DNA of 31,955 nucleotides, from contig JAQGDQ010001628.1 of assembly GCA_030141605.1 (NCBI GenBank), forward strand, positions 1 to 31,955, written 5' to 3'. The notes under the pieces were generated by a model, which saw nothing but the letters and a program-made list of their open reading frames with translations, ran no database searches and was not told the DNA's origin. The position numbers were made by a program, and so were the translations under genes. Each line of letters opens with the position of its first letter. The stretch's first letter is position 1. Source of the DNA: Tubiluchus corallicola (Eukaryota > Animalia > Priapulida). Below are positions 12,063 through 23,995 of the stretch, in pieces.

Positions 12063-12114
12063 ATGAGGTCATACGATACACTGCTGTATTTGATTATTTT
12101 CCTGTTCATCAACT
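12063..12114 (+). CDS. IgSF cell-surface protein exon 1: signal peptide (not in ORF track)
   Basis: caaaATG context; encodes MRSYDTLLYLIIFLFIN plus T, with donor T|gtaagt (phase 1). An upstream acceptor ttattattttag|c at 12002 implies further 5' UTR exon(s). Confidence 0.85.
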
Positions 12115-12430
12115 GTAAGTTAAAACAAAAACTAATTTCTTAATGTCAGAAATAATATTTTTAATCTGTAGTAATGCAAAGATTAACTAACGTTATTTCT
12201 TAGTTTCTCAGAAAACATTTATATATACATACACACACACGTTTATATATACATAATCCATAATTATCCATCTATACAGTATCCATATATACATACAGAT
12301 CCATAATTATGTATCTATGTATGTGTACTTGGTTATATGGTTCTATTTTTGAATTCAATTCATTCATTACGCATACTAGCTATAGCAGCTAAATCTAATT
12401 TCCTTATTTTTAAGTTTGTCTTTTTTGCAG

Positions 12431-12757
12431 ATGTGCAGAGTGAATCAAAATATTTTGAACAAGAACCTGAGGATGTTGCTGCTTTTCCTGGAGATGACGT
12501 TGTGCTACAGTGTAAAGTAAAAAGTGAATATCCAAGCCATGAACTTGCATGGTTTCGTAATGACGAGTCCTTTGATGTAGGTGATGATGATAATTATGAT
12601 TATGTTGACAGTATTCCTCCTTTCAGTGGAAACTGGGGTATAAAGATTATAGATGTAGATGTAAATCAACGTGATGGTTCCTATCACTGCCGAGTGACAG
12701 CTTATGGTGAAGGAGGAGGAACTGAAAATTCAAACAAAGGAAAAGTAACTGTTGTTG
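12431..12757 (+). CDS. IgSF exon 2: N-terminal V/I-set Ig domain (KIRREL/nephrin-like D1)
   Basis: ttttttgcag|AT ... G|gtgagt, 327 nt, phase 1-1. FEQEPEDVAAFPGDDVVLQCKV..LAWFRN..DGSYHCRV..GKVTVV has the canonical C-W-C and DxGxYxC-like motifs. Confidence 0.93.
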
Positions 12758-14965
12758 GTGAGTCAGTATTTTTAATTACCTCTTCAGAGTTTTTTAAATC
12801 ACTAATTTATAATTAGTGATTTAAAAAACTTAATACAACTTTATACAACTTAATACAACTTAACACTAAATGCTTCTACAGAAAATGATGTAATGTAATT
12901 ACTTTTCTAATTTTTTACAACTACTAATCAAATGTTCAGATTTCATTTCTGCATATTAGAGGTTAAGAGTTTGTAAGTTTAACAGAAGAAAGATAAAGTA
13001 TGAAATTTCACAGTTTTGTAACACAACACCTGCCGCGATGCATCTACAGTTGATGATAATATCATCTATTGCAATAGCAGCCAGTGCCTTCTCCTTTGCA
13101 GTGTGTATTAGGCCTATTTGCTAAAAAACTTAGTTTTTGTCTCTTTATTAATTTTTGTGATAAAAATTAAGTGTGAGTAAGGTTTAGTGATTTACTAACC
13201 TGGAAAATAAAATTTATTACTATTTTAGACAAATGTAATTCACTGCATTAGTGACCACATGCCTACTAGTAGCAAATGCCGACAAGACAATGCTGTCACA
13301 CTGTATATATGGGTCACTTATGTGTACAAGTTGTAGAAGTTGAGATAAAGTATGAAATGTCATAGAGAGTAGTGACACAATAGGAGCCCTGATGCATCTA
13401 GATGCGATGATGATGGAAAAACTGCTACTGCCTTCTGAATAGGAAGTTTTATAGTGCTATTTGCTTATTTTTTTTAATTTTCAAAGAAGGTGATTCATAT
13501 GTTTGTTGTAACCAGTGCAGTGATAGCCATTAAAGCTCAATTAGGTCAAGCATATTCTACTTGAAATTTGCTACTGGGAGAGTTTTCGTGTAAAGAAAGA
13601 TGCTTGATAGAATTTTTCCACTCTATTTGCTGCAATTGTTCAATTTTTTCAGTTTGCTAATGAGCAAATTACTTTTTATTGCTTGTGATTTCTCTAATAT
13701 TTCTTGTCTATTGTTTCACTATACCTTGTGATGATGAGAATGATTCTCAAGGTTGAAATCAATATTTTGATTGGTCATATTAGCAAGATAATCAAACTAG
13801 AATAAGTTCAGAGTATGAAGAGCAACCCTACAGAAAACATGGTCATCAGTCTAGTATTCCTACCAGGAAGAGCATTAGTGTAATAGTATATTTGAAATGT
13901 TGGTGTAGTTTTTCAAAACTGTTTGAGGTTATGAGCAAAATTTACGTTCTGAACTGTTTTTTGTGTGTTATTTAGCTGATTCAAACTTATTAACAAATCA
14001 CTTTAAGAAGAACCTTTTAGCTAGCAGCAGAAGCTTTTACCTTTTTACCTAGAAGTCCTTGTACTGTGCTGTGCAGTTATGGCCTACTCACATGCTATTG
14101 CAATTTGTTAGCAATTACGCTAGATGTTTAATGTTGAGAAAACTTGAATTTCTAATTCAAATCTGTACTCTCCGCCTGCAAAAATGCCATGAATAATCAT
14201 TGTAAGTTTCTAACCCGTAAATAACACAACAATCTGTATATTTTTCAGACGTTTATACTCTAGTTATTAACTTGTTATAGACCTACGTTTAGTACGACTA
14301 GAAAAGCATCTTTAAACTGAGTTTTAAAACTTCTCGTTTTTACAATTAGTTACATTTCATTTATATTTAAAAGTAAAGATAATAAAACTACTCCTGTGTA
14401 AATCACGCATGATTCGGGCATGTATTATTAATTATTTTATAAGGAAATTTATAGCAAATTGTGTATGTACTTATGCACTAGAAAATGCTTTTTTAAATGA
14501 TATCAAAGGCAGGAACATTATAATTTAGCTATTACAAAGTTCTGAAATTGTCTACAATAAAAATACTTAATTGCAACTGCAAAGAGTTTTTTAGAAAAAT
14601 GATCAATGAGAAAAAGGTGATTTGATTAGAAACTGGTGAATCAGACAGCATCACATTAAACATTTCTCTACCTTGCAGCAGATGATGTCTATGAAGGACT
14701 AATGCACCTGGTGAAAAATAAAAATTTTCCGGACTTAATGGGCACTTTGTCTTCTTTACTATTACTGTTATACTGAAATTTCACTTTACCTAAATGATTA
14801 AAAGAGTCTTTGATAATGCAGAATAGCCCACCGCTAACTGTGGCTCTAACCCAGACTCTGACAGAAGCAAATGTTTTGAATCACGTATTTTGTTCCATTT
14901 TACATTCTAGAATCAGTTTTAAAATTACTTTACAGTTTACAACTTTTTTCTTCGTAACAATCTAG

Positions 14966-15109
14966 TTGCTCCAACATTGAGCATGGCACTTAATGGTGAT
15001 GATGTAATCAACGAGCAAGAAGTCACAGTTAAAGCTGACGACACAAATGAGGAATTTAAATGTGGAGCTCAAGGTGGGAATCCTAAACCTAACATCACCT
15101 GGTTTGTTG
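14966..15109 (+). CDS. IgSF exon 3: first half of C2-type Ig domain, unit 1 (not in ORF track)
   Basis: tctag|TT ... G|gtatgt, 144 nt. Encodes VAPTLSMALNGDDVINEQEVTVKADDTNEEFKCGAQGGNPKPNITWFV, with the CxAxGGxPxPxIxW motif of nephrin/KIRREL C2 domains. Confidence 0.9.
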
Positions 15110-15559
15110 GTATGTAACATTACATAAATTTAGTCGTTCATAAAGTACAAAAGAATGTAGGTAAAATGGCACAGATAAATATGGTACAAAAAATTGCACA
15201 CTTAGTAAAATGTGTATTTCGGTTAAGGTTTACAGTGGGATATAATTCTTGTTGGTATTTTGTCTGTTATGGGAGCAAGCCCATTGCTCAAAAACCATTT
15301 AACAGCTTTGTGTACATGGTCATTGGACTACAGTACTCCTTTTTTGTTTTTGTGTTTGAGTCATGTTTATTTACACCGACTACAACTTAGGCAACTTTGG
15401 AAAACAGCATCACGTCAGATTTACCTGTTTATTATTCAAACAATTTAATTTGGTGTGCCAGCTTTCCTCCTTCTTCTAGTATTGTTTCATTGACACCTGA
15501 AAATCTGCTTTATTGATGTCCTTGTTCCTTGTTCTTAGTTGATGCGAACATTTCTGGAT

Positions 15560-16015
15560 ACAATCTGGGTGGCATGTTGGTCCTTTCATTGTTTATTTCT
15601 CTGTAATAGTTACAGTTCTTCTCTTGTCACAACGCTGTGTTCATCGTTGGGTTAGATACTTGCTCATCAAGCCTGTTATTTAGCACTTGTACATCTTTGT
15701 GATTTTCCAAACACATGTCAGTGTACTTGTTTAGTTTAGCCTCAACTTGCAAGAATTTGCTCACTGTGCAAAATAAATTAACTTCTTCTGGTCTGTGTTT
15801 TGGGACAAATCTCGTGCCATAAAATGAATAATTCCACCACTGCAAAACAAGTCTAGATCTTGCAGCACATGTAATACATCATTCAGGTCAGCCTTATGTA
15901 TTAATTTTATGTTTGACGTATGTCGATTTGGTTTTCCTGCCAAATGATGACCACGGTGCTTCCAAAGACATTTTTTAGCTATCATTTTTTTGTGACAAAT
16001 AAAAGTCAACAATTA
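15560..16015 (-). mobile_element. Degraded ORF1-like fragment of a CR1/L2-group LINE
   Basis: Joining ORFs 15761-16012 and 15627-15845 across a frameshift gives IAKKCLW..R.TS...DLNDVLHVLQDLD..FMARDL/VPKHRPEEVNL..VEAKL, a pattern I recall from invertebrate CR1/L2 ORF1 proteins (recall only, not searched). Confidence 0.5.
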
Positions 16016-16036
16016 CCCTGTTAATGGATTATTTCC

Positions 16037-16466
16037 TGCTATCATCTCGGTAACAGTTGCAGTAAGACAGTAACTCATTAACTACCAATGTGCTATCATC
16101 TCGTTAACAGTTGCAGTAAGACAGTAACTCATTAACTACCAATGTGCTATCATCTCGTTAACAGTTGCAGTAAGACAGTAACTCATTAACTACCAATGTG
16201 CTATTATCTCGGTAAAAATTGCAGTAAGACAGTAACTCATTAACTACCAATGTGCTATTATCTCGTTAACAATTGCAGTAAGACAGTAACTCATTAACTA
16301 CCAATGTGCTATTATCTCGGTAACAATTGCAGTAAGACAGTAACTCATTAACTACCAATGTGCTATTACCTCGTTAACAGTTGCAGTAAGACAGTAACTC
16401 ATTAACTACCAATGTGTTATTATCTCGTTAACAGTTGCAGTAAGACAGTAACTCGGTAACTACCAA
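16037..16466. repeat. 54-bp minisatellite, 8 copies
   Basis: Unit TGCTATYATCTCGKTAACARTTGCAGTAAGACAGTAACTCATTAACTACCAATG starts at 16037, 16091 and onward. Confidence 0.97.
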
Positions 16467-16738
16467 CAGTTTGATATAAAATTTATATATTATGTTATAT
16501 AAATATAACATAATATATATATATATACAACACAGTACTCAGCAGACAATGATCTAAAATCAAATTCATATGCAAATGCCACATGATGGTACCAGTAATC
16601 TGACATGCAATGCACCAGGCTAAAGGCACCAATAACGTTTGACATGCAACATACAGCACGTAGCGCAATTTCGAAAAGGCTTATTGAAGGAACATGTTGA
16701 ACATACTTTAAATTACTCATTTTTCAATACAGTTTCAG

Positions 16739-16906
16739 ATTCAGAAGATATCACGGATTCAGCAGTACAAGCTAATGACATTAGTACACTGAATCATGCA
16801 TTTAAATCTGGTGAAGATGGAGACAATGGGGCGTTATTACAATGTAGAGTGTTTGTTCATGAGCTACTGGGAACGCAGTTTATCAATAAAACATTAAATG
16901 TGCAAT
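16739..16906 (+). CDS. IgSF exon 4: second half of C2-type Ig domain, unit 1
   Basis: tttcag|AT ... T|gtaagt, 168 nt. Encodes DSEDITDSAVQANDISTLNHAFKSGEDGDNGALLQCRVFVHELLGTQFINKTLNVQ (DNGxxLxC F-strand motif). Confidence 0.9.
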
Positions 16907-17344
16907 GTAAGTTGTTATTTCTAGTGCTAAATTGTGTGTAGTTATTATCGGTATTAATGATGGTTACAAATGGTAAATAAATAAAGAAGAATTAAGAAGA
17001 GCTTATTATAGATGATGCCTGTGCAACAAAGTAAAAACAATTTCCTAGTCGTGTACTCATACTTGATATCAATGGAATTGACCAGTAAGAACATCATTTT
17101 TCAGTTTTTTTTAAATATTTCGCTCATTGTTGGGTGTAATAAACATTTTCACATTTTCCAAGAGTCCATCAATGTGCATTTTTGCTATACTGACTTGCCA
17201 TTTTTAAATTTTACTGAAGCATCATCTGTAAAAGATCTTTTCGTAGTATTATATGATGTCTTGAGAAGAACTCTATTTTTTGGAAACAGAAAAACTAGTT
17301 ACTAAGTCAAATGGTCACTTTTAAAAAGGTAGGCTTATTTAAGG

Positions 17345-17600
17345 CTCTGAGACATAGCATACGTTGCCAGACTATTGATTCGAGGTTTGAGTCCCTCTCA
17401 TGCCAGCTTTTTACGAGTCATGCCTCCTCTTAAGAGACTCTTTGTTCATCTTCCTATGCTTATTCAGCCTTAATTGATTACCTCTGGGAAATATATAGGT
17501 GGCCAAGCAACGGGTTAGACAATCCCACCTCTTTCCTCTTCGTGTGCTAAAAGCTACCAAAATTGATGCCTACACAAGACCTTTCTGGCATGGCACCTTT
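17345..17600 (+). mobile_element. Possible decayed tRNA-derived SINE
   Basis: B-box-like GGTTTGAGTCC at about 17383-17393 within a locally GC-richer tract. No clear A box or TSD. Confidence 0.3.
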
Positions 17601-18428
17601 CTTTTCTGCTTCAAAAGAGGATGGTGAATATGCCTTCCTCTTTAACACTGATGCCTAGCGTTTTGGGGATTTCAAACCTGTTGCTATTACTAATATAATT
17701 CGGAAATGTATAGAAAAGGTAAGAAAAAGTGGCCAGCAAATAACTGATGACGACTCATATTAATATGAAACTGCTGTGTGCAATTATGGCGAGTATCAGT
17801 TTGCTTACCGAAACTGTACAATTGCAGTCACTGTTGTTGATTTTGTTACAAAGCATACCAATCAGCCTAAAACAATAATAAGATCATTTTTTGAGCTACT
17901 TATGAGTATTTGTTACTTCGTATACTGATACACAAGTCACAAATCAAGTTCCAAAAGGCAACGAAAGAGTGTACTGAGCAATTTTGTGCATTAGAAAGAA
18001 CAGAGATAGTGACTGATACTTGACGAATACCAATGACTTACAAGGTCAAAGAGTGTACTGCTATTGTCCAATGTCCAATAATGTCCAATATCCAAGGTTT
18101 AATAAAAAAAACTTGGCTGTGGCTGCTAAAACCTTTATTAAATGTCATGTGGGTAGTATATGCCTAATTCAGAAATTCAGCGTCTAATGAATAGCATTTT
18201 ACTGATGCTTGTGTGATCTGTGTACAAACTACTTTTTTACCTCCATCTCACCTTTGGAGGAAGAGTAGCTTGAAAGTTTCCTTTAACTTTGATGCTATTG
18301 TTGGCTAAAAATTTTGTTTGAACTATCATACATAATAGGTTGTTATGCCAACTAATGTGTTTGTGTCAAATTCACATTTTCCAATCATCTGTATTTTTTA
18401 TTTTAAATTTGCATTTTTAATGATGCAG

Positions 18429-18689
18429 ATATGATGGCAAACTTCAACATCAAAATTCTTCAAGGAAAAGAAACTGTTGTCATTGGTGACACACTAGAAC
18501 TAGAATGTGAAGCTGATGGGAATCCCGAGCCCACGGACTATAAATGGAGTAAAGATAAAAATGATTTACCTGAAACAACCAGAATTTTCAAAAGGGGTTC
18601 AGTTACATTGGAAGATGAAGGTTCATATGGATGTCAAGCAAGTAACAGCATTGGTAGTGGATCCGCGGAGCTACAGATAACAGTTAATG
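18429..18689 (+). CDS. IgSF exon 5: I-set Ig domain, copy 1
   Basis: gatgcag|AT ... G|gtaagt, 261 nt. GDTLELECEADGNPEP..YKWSK..EDEGSYGCQASNSIG. Confidence 0.93.
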
Positions 18690-19558
18690 GTAAGTTTGCT
18701 CACTCTACTATAGACCTTAAAACATTTATTCTTTTTGTTGTTGGCTAATGACTTGAAAGATGATTTTGTTAAAATACCTGAAGATGTGTGTTTACATAAA
18801 TGTTTGCACTTTGCATATATTTGTCGGAAACCTAAAAGTATGTAAAGAACTACAGTTAGCTGTGGGTGCAATGGTGAAGTTTTAATATTGTAGCATTACT
18901 GCTGCACTTACATTTATAGCAGCTGTTTTTCTGTCTATAATGTTTCTTGTTTAGATAATTGGCATCGTCGTAGTATTAGTTGAAAAAATATAGAATAGTG
19001 ATTAATCAAAATAGGTAATATCTATTTGTCCATAAAAAGTATTGGAAAGTTGTGAAGTAATCGCATAGTATACGTTTGCATGCTGTCACTCTTATTGTTT
19101 TGCATAAAATTTCTACAAGCTTGAATATTAATTAATATTCATTCAGCTTTTCACAATTTTTCCCAAATTACTATAATCCCGAATTTTAAATAAAAATTCG
19201 TGTCCATTGAAGTGATACGTCCATTCTTAACCAGTTTTAACTAACTTTCTTTTTACTTATCCTGAACCATCTGTATTAACAAGAATAATTTCTGCCATGT
19301 GATGATAATAACAGTTAGTGTCTGAGGTGCTTGAGCGATATTTTGTTCCTTTATTGATACATTCCGTATCTTAATCAATTGATAGGGGTCCTATTTTTGG
19401 GCAAAAACAAACAAGCTGTAACAGAAACTATTTACGAGAATACAAACTGCTGTGCAACAAGTGATAAATATCAAACTATCAATTACGTAACAAAATATCC
19501 CTGTTAGATAGTCCATAATTTATCTCCATTAGCTCCGAACAGACTACAATTTCTTCAT

Positions 19559-20951
19559 ACTCAAAGTGACTATGTGTAACAGTTAAATGTAAAATTACAT
19601 ATAGTTACTGAGGATATTTACTGACAAGAGCTTCGGTTTGTTTACGTACCTGTTGAATAGTTGATTCCTGAGTCCTATAATGATAACCTCAGCTGCTTGG
19701 ATTTATTGCTATTTGCCTACACATTTTAGTTAATAAATAACTCACTTAATCAATATCTTAGCCCTGAATATGTATTGGAGAAGTGGAGGAGGTACAGTCA
19801 GTCCTGTGCAAGAGTTTTGCTGAGAATCATGTTTTAGCATTTTAAAGGGATGAATTCTCAAATTGCTAACACAAAAATTTTTAGCTTTTGTAGATTTCTC
19901 CAGCTTCTGATATCAATTGATGTTCATGATATCTGTCTACTTATTGGCTATAAACGTTCTAGAGAAACAATGTGTATAATTGTGTATAACCATGTGTATA
20001 AATAAGCTTTAATTGTCTGTATTGTTAACATGCGATTTAAAATTTGAAATTCAGTGTATCCAAATTCACTGAGGTTTATTTTTTTACAGAAAAAACGATT
20101 GTCTGATACTTTTCTTGGTGGTTTATATAGGAAGAAATTTGGTGTGAAGAAGAAAATCTGAGAACTTGATTTCAAACATAAAAAACTTTGCACTTTGTTA
20201 TCACACTTCACTGTATAGCATTGTTCACAATTTCAGCATCACAGAAACGACGCAAACTCAAAGTGACTATGTGTAACAGTTAAATGTAAAATTACATATA
20301 GTTACTGAGGATATTTACTGACAAGAGCTTCGGTTTGTTTACGTACCTGTTGAATAGTTGATTCCTGAGTCCTATAATGATAACCTCAGCTGCTTGGATT
20401 TATTGCTATTTGCCTACACATTTTAGTTAATAAATAACTCACTTAATCAATATCTTAGCCCTGAATATGTATTTGAGAAGTGGAGGCGGTACAGTCAGTC
20501 CTGTGCAAGAGTTTTGCTGAGAATCATGTTTTAGCATTTTAAAGGGATGAATTCTCAAATTGCTAACACAAAATTTTTTAGCTTTTGTAGATTTCTCCAG
20601 CTTCTGATATCAATTGATGTTCATGATATCTGTCTACTTATTGGCTATAAACGTTCTAGAGAAACAATGTGTATAATTGTGTATAACCATGTGTATAAAT
20701 AAGCTTTAATTGTCTGTATTGTTAACATGCGATTTAAAATTTGAAATTCAGTGTATCCAAATTCACTGAGGTTTATTTTTTTACAGAAAAAACGATTGTC
20801 TGATACTTTTCTTGGTGGTTTATATAGGAAGAAATTTGGTGTGAAGAAGAAAATCTGAGAACTTGATTTCAAACATAAAAAACTTTGCACTTTGTTATCA
20901 CACTTCACTGTATAGCATTGTTCACAATTTCAGCATCACAGAAACGACGCA
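19559..20951. repeat. 697-bp near-identical tandem duplication (intronic)
   Basis: 19559-20255 versus 20256-20951. Identical ORF-track translations are offset by 697; about 3 differences seen. Confidence 0.95.
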
Positions 20952-22378
20952 GAATCTAATTAACCGTTGCTAATTAACTAATCATTTATCTTCCGATTTT
21001 CTGACGTTTCGTGGGCGAACCGAATAAAGCGTTTTGGGAATAATGCACCTTTCGGGCACAAATTCATTAGGAAATTTAATAAAATTTATGTCAAATTTAA
21101 GTTGTGGTTTGCTTCTTTTTACATCTGACTTTAGTTACTTAACTTGCATCACATATTTCACATTTTACGTATGACTGCATTTAGTCATTTCACATGGTAA
21201 TAGGTAAACCAATCATAATTAAAGTCAGTTATTTACATCTTTATATGGAATGCTGCAAATCACTTGTAGGCTTATTCAGAAGACCTTTTACAAAACTGGA
21301 CAACTTTACAGTAAGCCTTCTCTTCCTTTTCTTCTGCATCATCATCTAGCTTATTTGTCTTGCTGTTTATTCTTTAGTTCTTTCAAAGTTAGCCTTTCGT
21401 TCTGCAATTAACGTGTCTGATCAATCATATTAGGGTTCATCAAATATTCTTTTCTAATTATATAAAATAAATAAATGAATTTGACAAATTACTCTGCTGT
21501 CCCTGTCGGAATCCATAACGTTGCTGGCTATGTCGATTTCCATATTTCTATAGTCGCGTTACTTCCTACAGATACCATCACATCTTTCTCTTCCTTCAAC
21601 TTTTCTTTTCTACTCCTTTACTGCTCTTTGCTACTTCACTCAATCCACATTCATTTGGGGTACTCTCAACAAGTAATTACTTCTTGAGTACCCCACGGGT
21701 CATTTGCAGCTTGGCATCTTGTGTACATAATGATAAATATGTTATTAAATTCGTTTGAAGTGCTATACTGTAATGATCGTTGTGGATATATTTAATAAAT
21801 AAATAAAATAAATAATAATGAATACTTGGCACTACGAAGCTTTAACTTCAACAGCTACTTAATGAAGTCAAGCTGCTATGAAAACATGCTTCAACAGTTT
21901 ATTATAACCATGTAAGTTTTATTTTAGTTTGTCTTTGTCTATTGTTTTTCGTTATTAGATGTTCTTTTTAATAATAAAAGTGTAATCTGTTGTATGGTGT
22001 TTAAAAAGAAATATTTACATCACATCGATAAGTTATACATATTTTTTTAGAAATGCCCAAAGTTCTTTTTTCTGATTATTTTTTTATTTTAGTGAGTTAG
22101 TTATACACTTCAACACATGGCGGCAAAACCTGTTTTATATAGATATCAGTGACTTGACTGACTATCAAAGATAATCCTCTTGAGGTTTAGGTGCAGGCAG
22201 TATGGCAGTTGGAACTGTCTAAATCTTTGTCTGTATCAATTCACTAACCTGACTTACCAGTACTACTGAGTTTATGCTGCAACCATTCAGCTATTCCTAT
22301 TGCCCTGTTATTTAAAGTAATCAATGTTTTAGTAGAAAGTATCACGATTTACTTGATCAAAACTTGTGTGCAAATCAG

Positions 22379-22723
22379 GTGGACCGCGTTTCCTGGGAGA
22401 ACATGACTGTACAACTGAAGTAGAAGTTGGAGAAAGTGTGATGCTGGAGTCTGCTGTCTTCTGTTCCAAGCCACAGTTTAGTTCTGCCTCTTGGATATGG
22501 GATGTAGATAAAGTTATTATCCATGATGATGCTGGTGAAGAAACTTACAATGAACGAATCTTTTCAAATCTAACTGATGCTGAAGGAGGTCATTCAACCG
22601 AAGACTGTTTCAAAGTCGAACTTCACATCTTACAACTTAATAGAGATGATGTCATTGATGGAAAAATTACATTCACTGTGGAAAACGTTGTTGATGTGGT
22701 CACTTGCATTATAGATATATTAG
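22379..22723 (+). CDS. IgSF exon 6: atypical Ig domain (KIRREL D5 / Fasciclin-III-like), copy 1
   Basis: caaatcag|GT ... G|gtaaag, 345 nt, phase 1-1. GGPRF..VEVGESVML..FCSKP..WIW..EDCFKVELHI..DD..ITFTVEN. Confidence 0.82.
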
Positions 22724-23995
22724 GTAAAGGACGCAAAAGTTCTATTCGTGTGTTTACATGTGGTGCTAATGTATTGCATTGCTTGCAAGATCGTAGCAAA
22801 TGTCTCTTGCTTTGCTTGTTTTCAGCTCCGTAGCAGCCGATTTCTTCCCACGTTTTATTCTGGAATGAGATTGTAGAGTTTTCTTCAAGAATGAAAGTCG
22901 TGATAACAAAAAGCGTAAAATGATTCGTTACTTTGAAGTTTTGCAAGTGTAGCATTTCCCCAAATAAAATGTAAATGTTGTAACAGAAAAGTTACATCCC
23001 AAACATTTGTGCAGTTTTTTCTAGTTTCTTTATTTCTTGGGTGGGAAAATATCCTATGCTGTCACTATTTTCCATTGTAGTGTCTTTATCTGACTCTCAT
23101 GTACATTTTCCACTGAGCCTGCTTGAAGTATTATAATTGCCCTTTTTATTACTGCAGACTCGCAGTTCATTATTTGTGATAGTTTAGTAACATGGACTTT
23201 CCTTATTGTTCTGTTTACAATCAGTTAGGTGATTGTTAATATATTTTACATTTAATCAAACACATCAATAGTAAAAACATGTAACATATTTAGTTGCAAC
23301 AGAATTTTGGCTCTTTTTGTTTACAGCTGCATCAATGGTATACATTGAACAATGCTTCTGAATATCATTCTTGTTTTGCAGTCTTGTATCTGTTACAATG
23401 CGTGCTCTTTTTTAGAGACGACTGTTTGACATACGACAAGCTCTTCCTTTAACAGAACTTTGCATTTTTAAGGAACATTTTCATATACACTACACACAGA
23501 TGTTATTTAGTTAGTGAATTCATCATCTGGGATTTTGCTTTATATTTTTCGTGTCTTGGTGGTTGGCAAACTAGTGCTCAGGCGGTGAGGTTAAAAGTGA
23601 GCTTGTGGCATCAACTTGTATGGTTTTAGAACATTTTGCTATTTGTCTTGACTTGTTGTTTTAACTTAAATGTCCAGTTCTTTAGATTCATATATCTAAA
23701 ACCACTGGATGCAGTCATTTGGTAGCAAAAACAGCAAAGAAAGTCTAAATTAAAATCCAATAGAATTTTTTCTTTAAACAACCAAGCTTTTGGATTTTAA
23801 ACTGTTTCTTTGAAATCCTCAAGCTGGTTGTTTGAAGAAAAAATTTTTTGTGGTTTTAATATAGACCTTCTTGTTAATTTTTGTTGGAACATACCAGTGT
23901 TTATTTGCTTTATTACGCTATAATGTGTTTCTCAAATGCCATTTTAAAGAAAATCTGTGTCCGTGTTCCACCTTAATCCATTATTTTGTTATAAT

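Noticed and set aside
19948-20908. Repeated 87-aa minus-strand ORFs (also 28519-28749) and plus-strand ORFs 21475-21687 / 29372-29572 as a small gene family
   Set aside because: They recur only because the intron is duplicated. Indels between copies shift frames and there is no recognisable domain.
22724-22833. Read-through tail of exon D, and hydrophobic tail after C1 (18690-18748), as secreted or GPI-anchored ends
   Set aside because: Canonical donors sit exactly at domain ends. The C1 tail is not conserved (copies 2 and 3 stop after a few codons), and D-tail similarity is explained by recent duplication. Cannot be excluded without RNA data.
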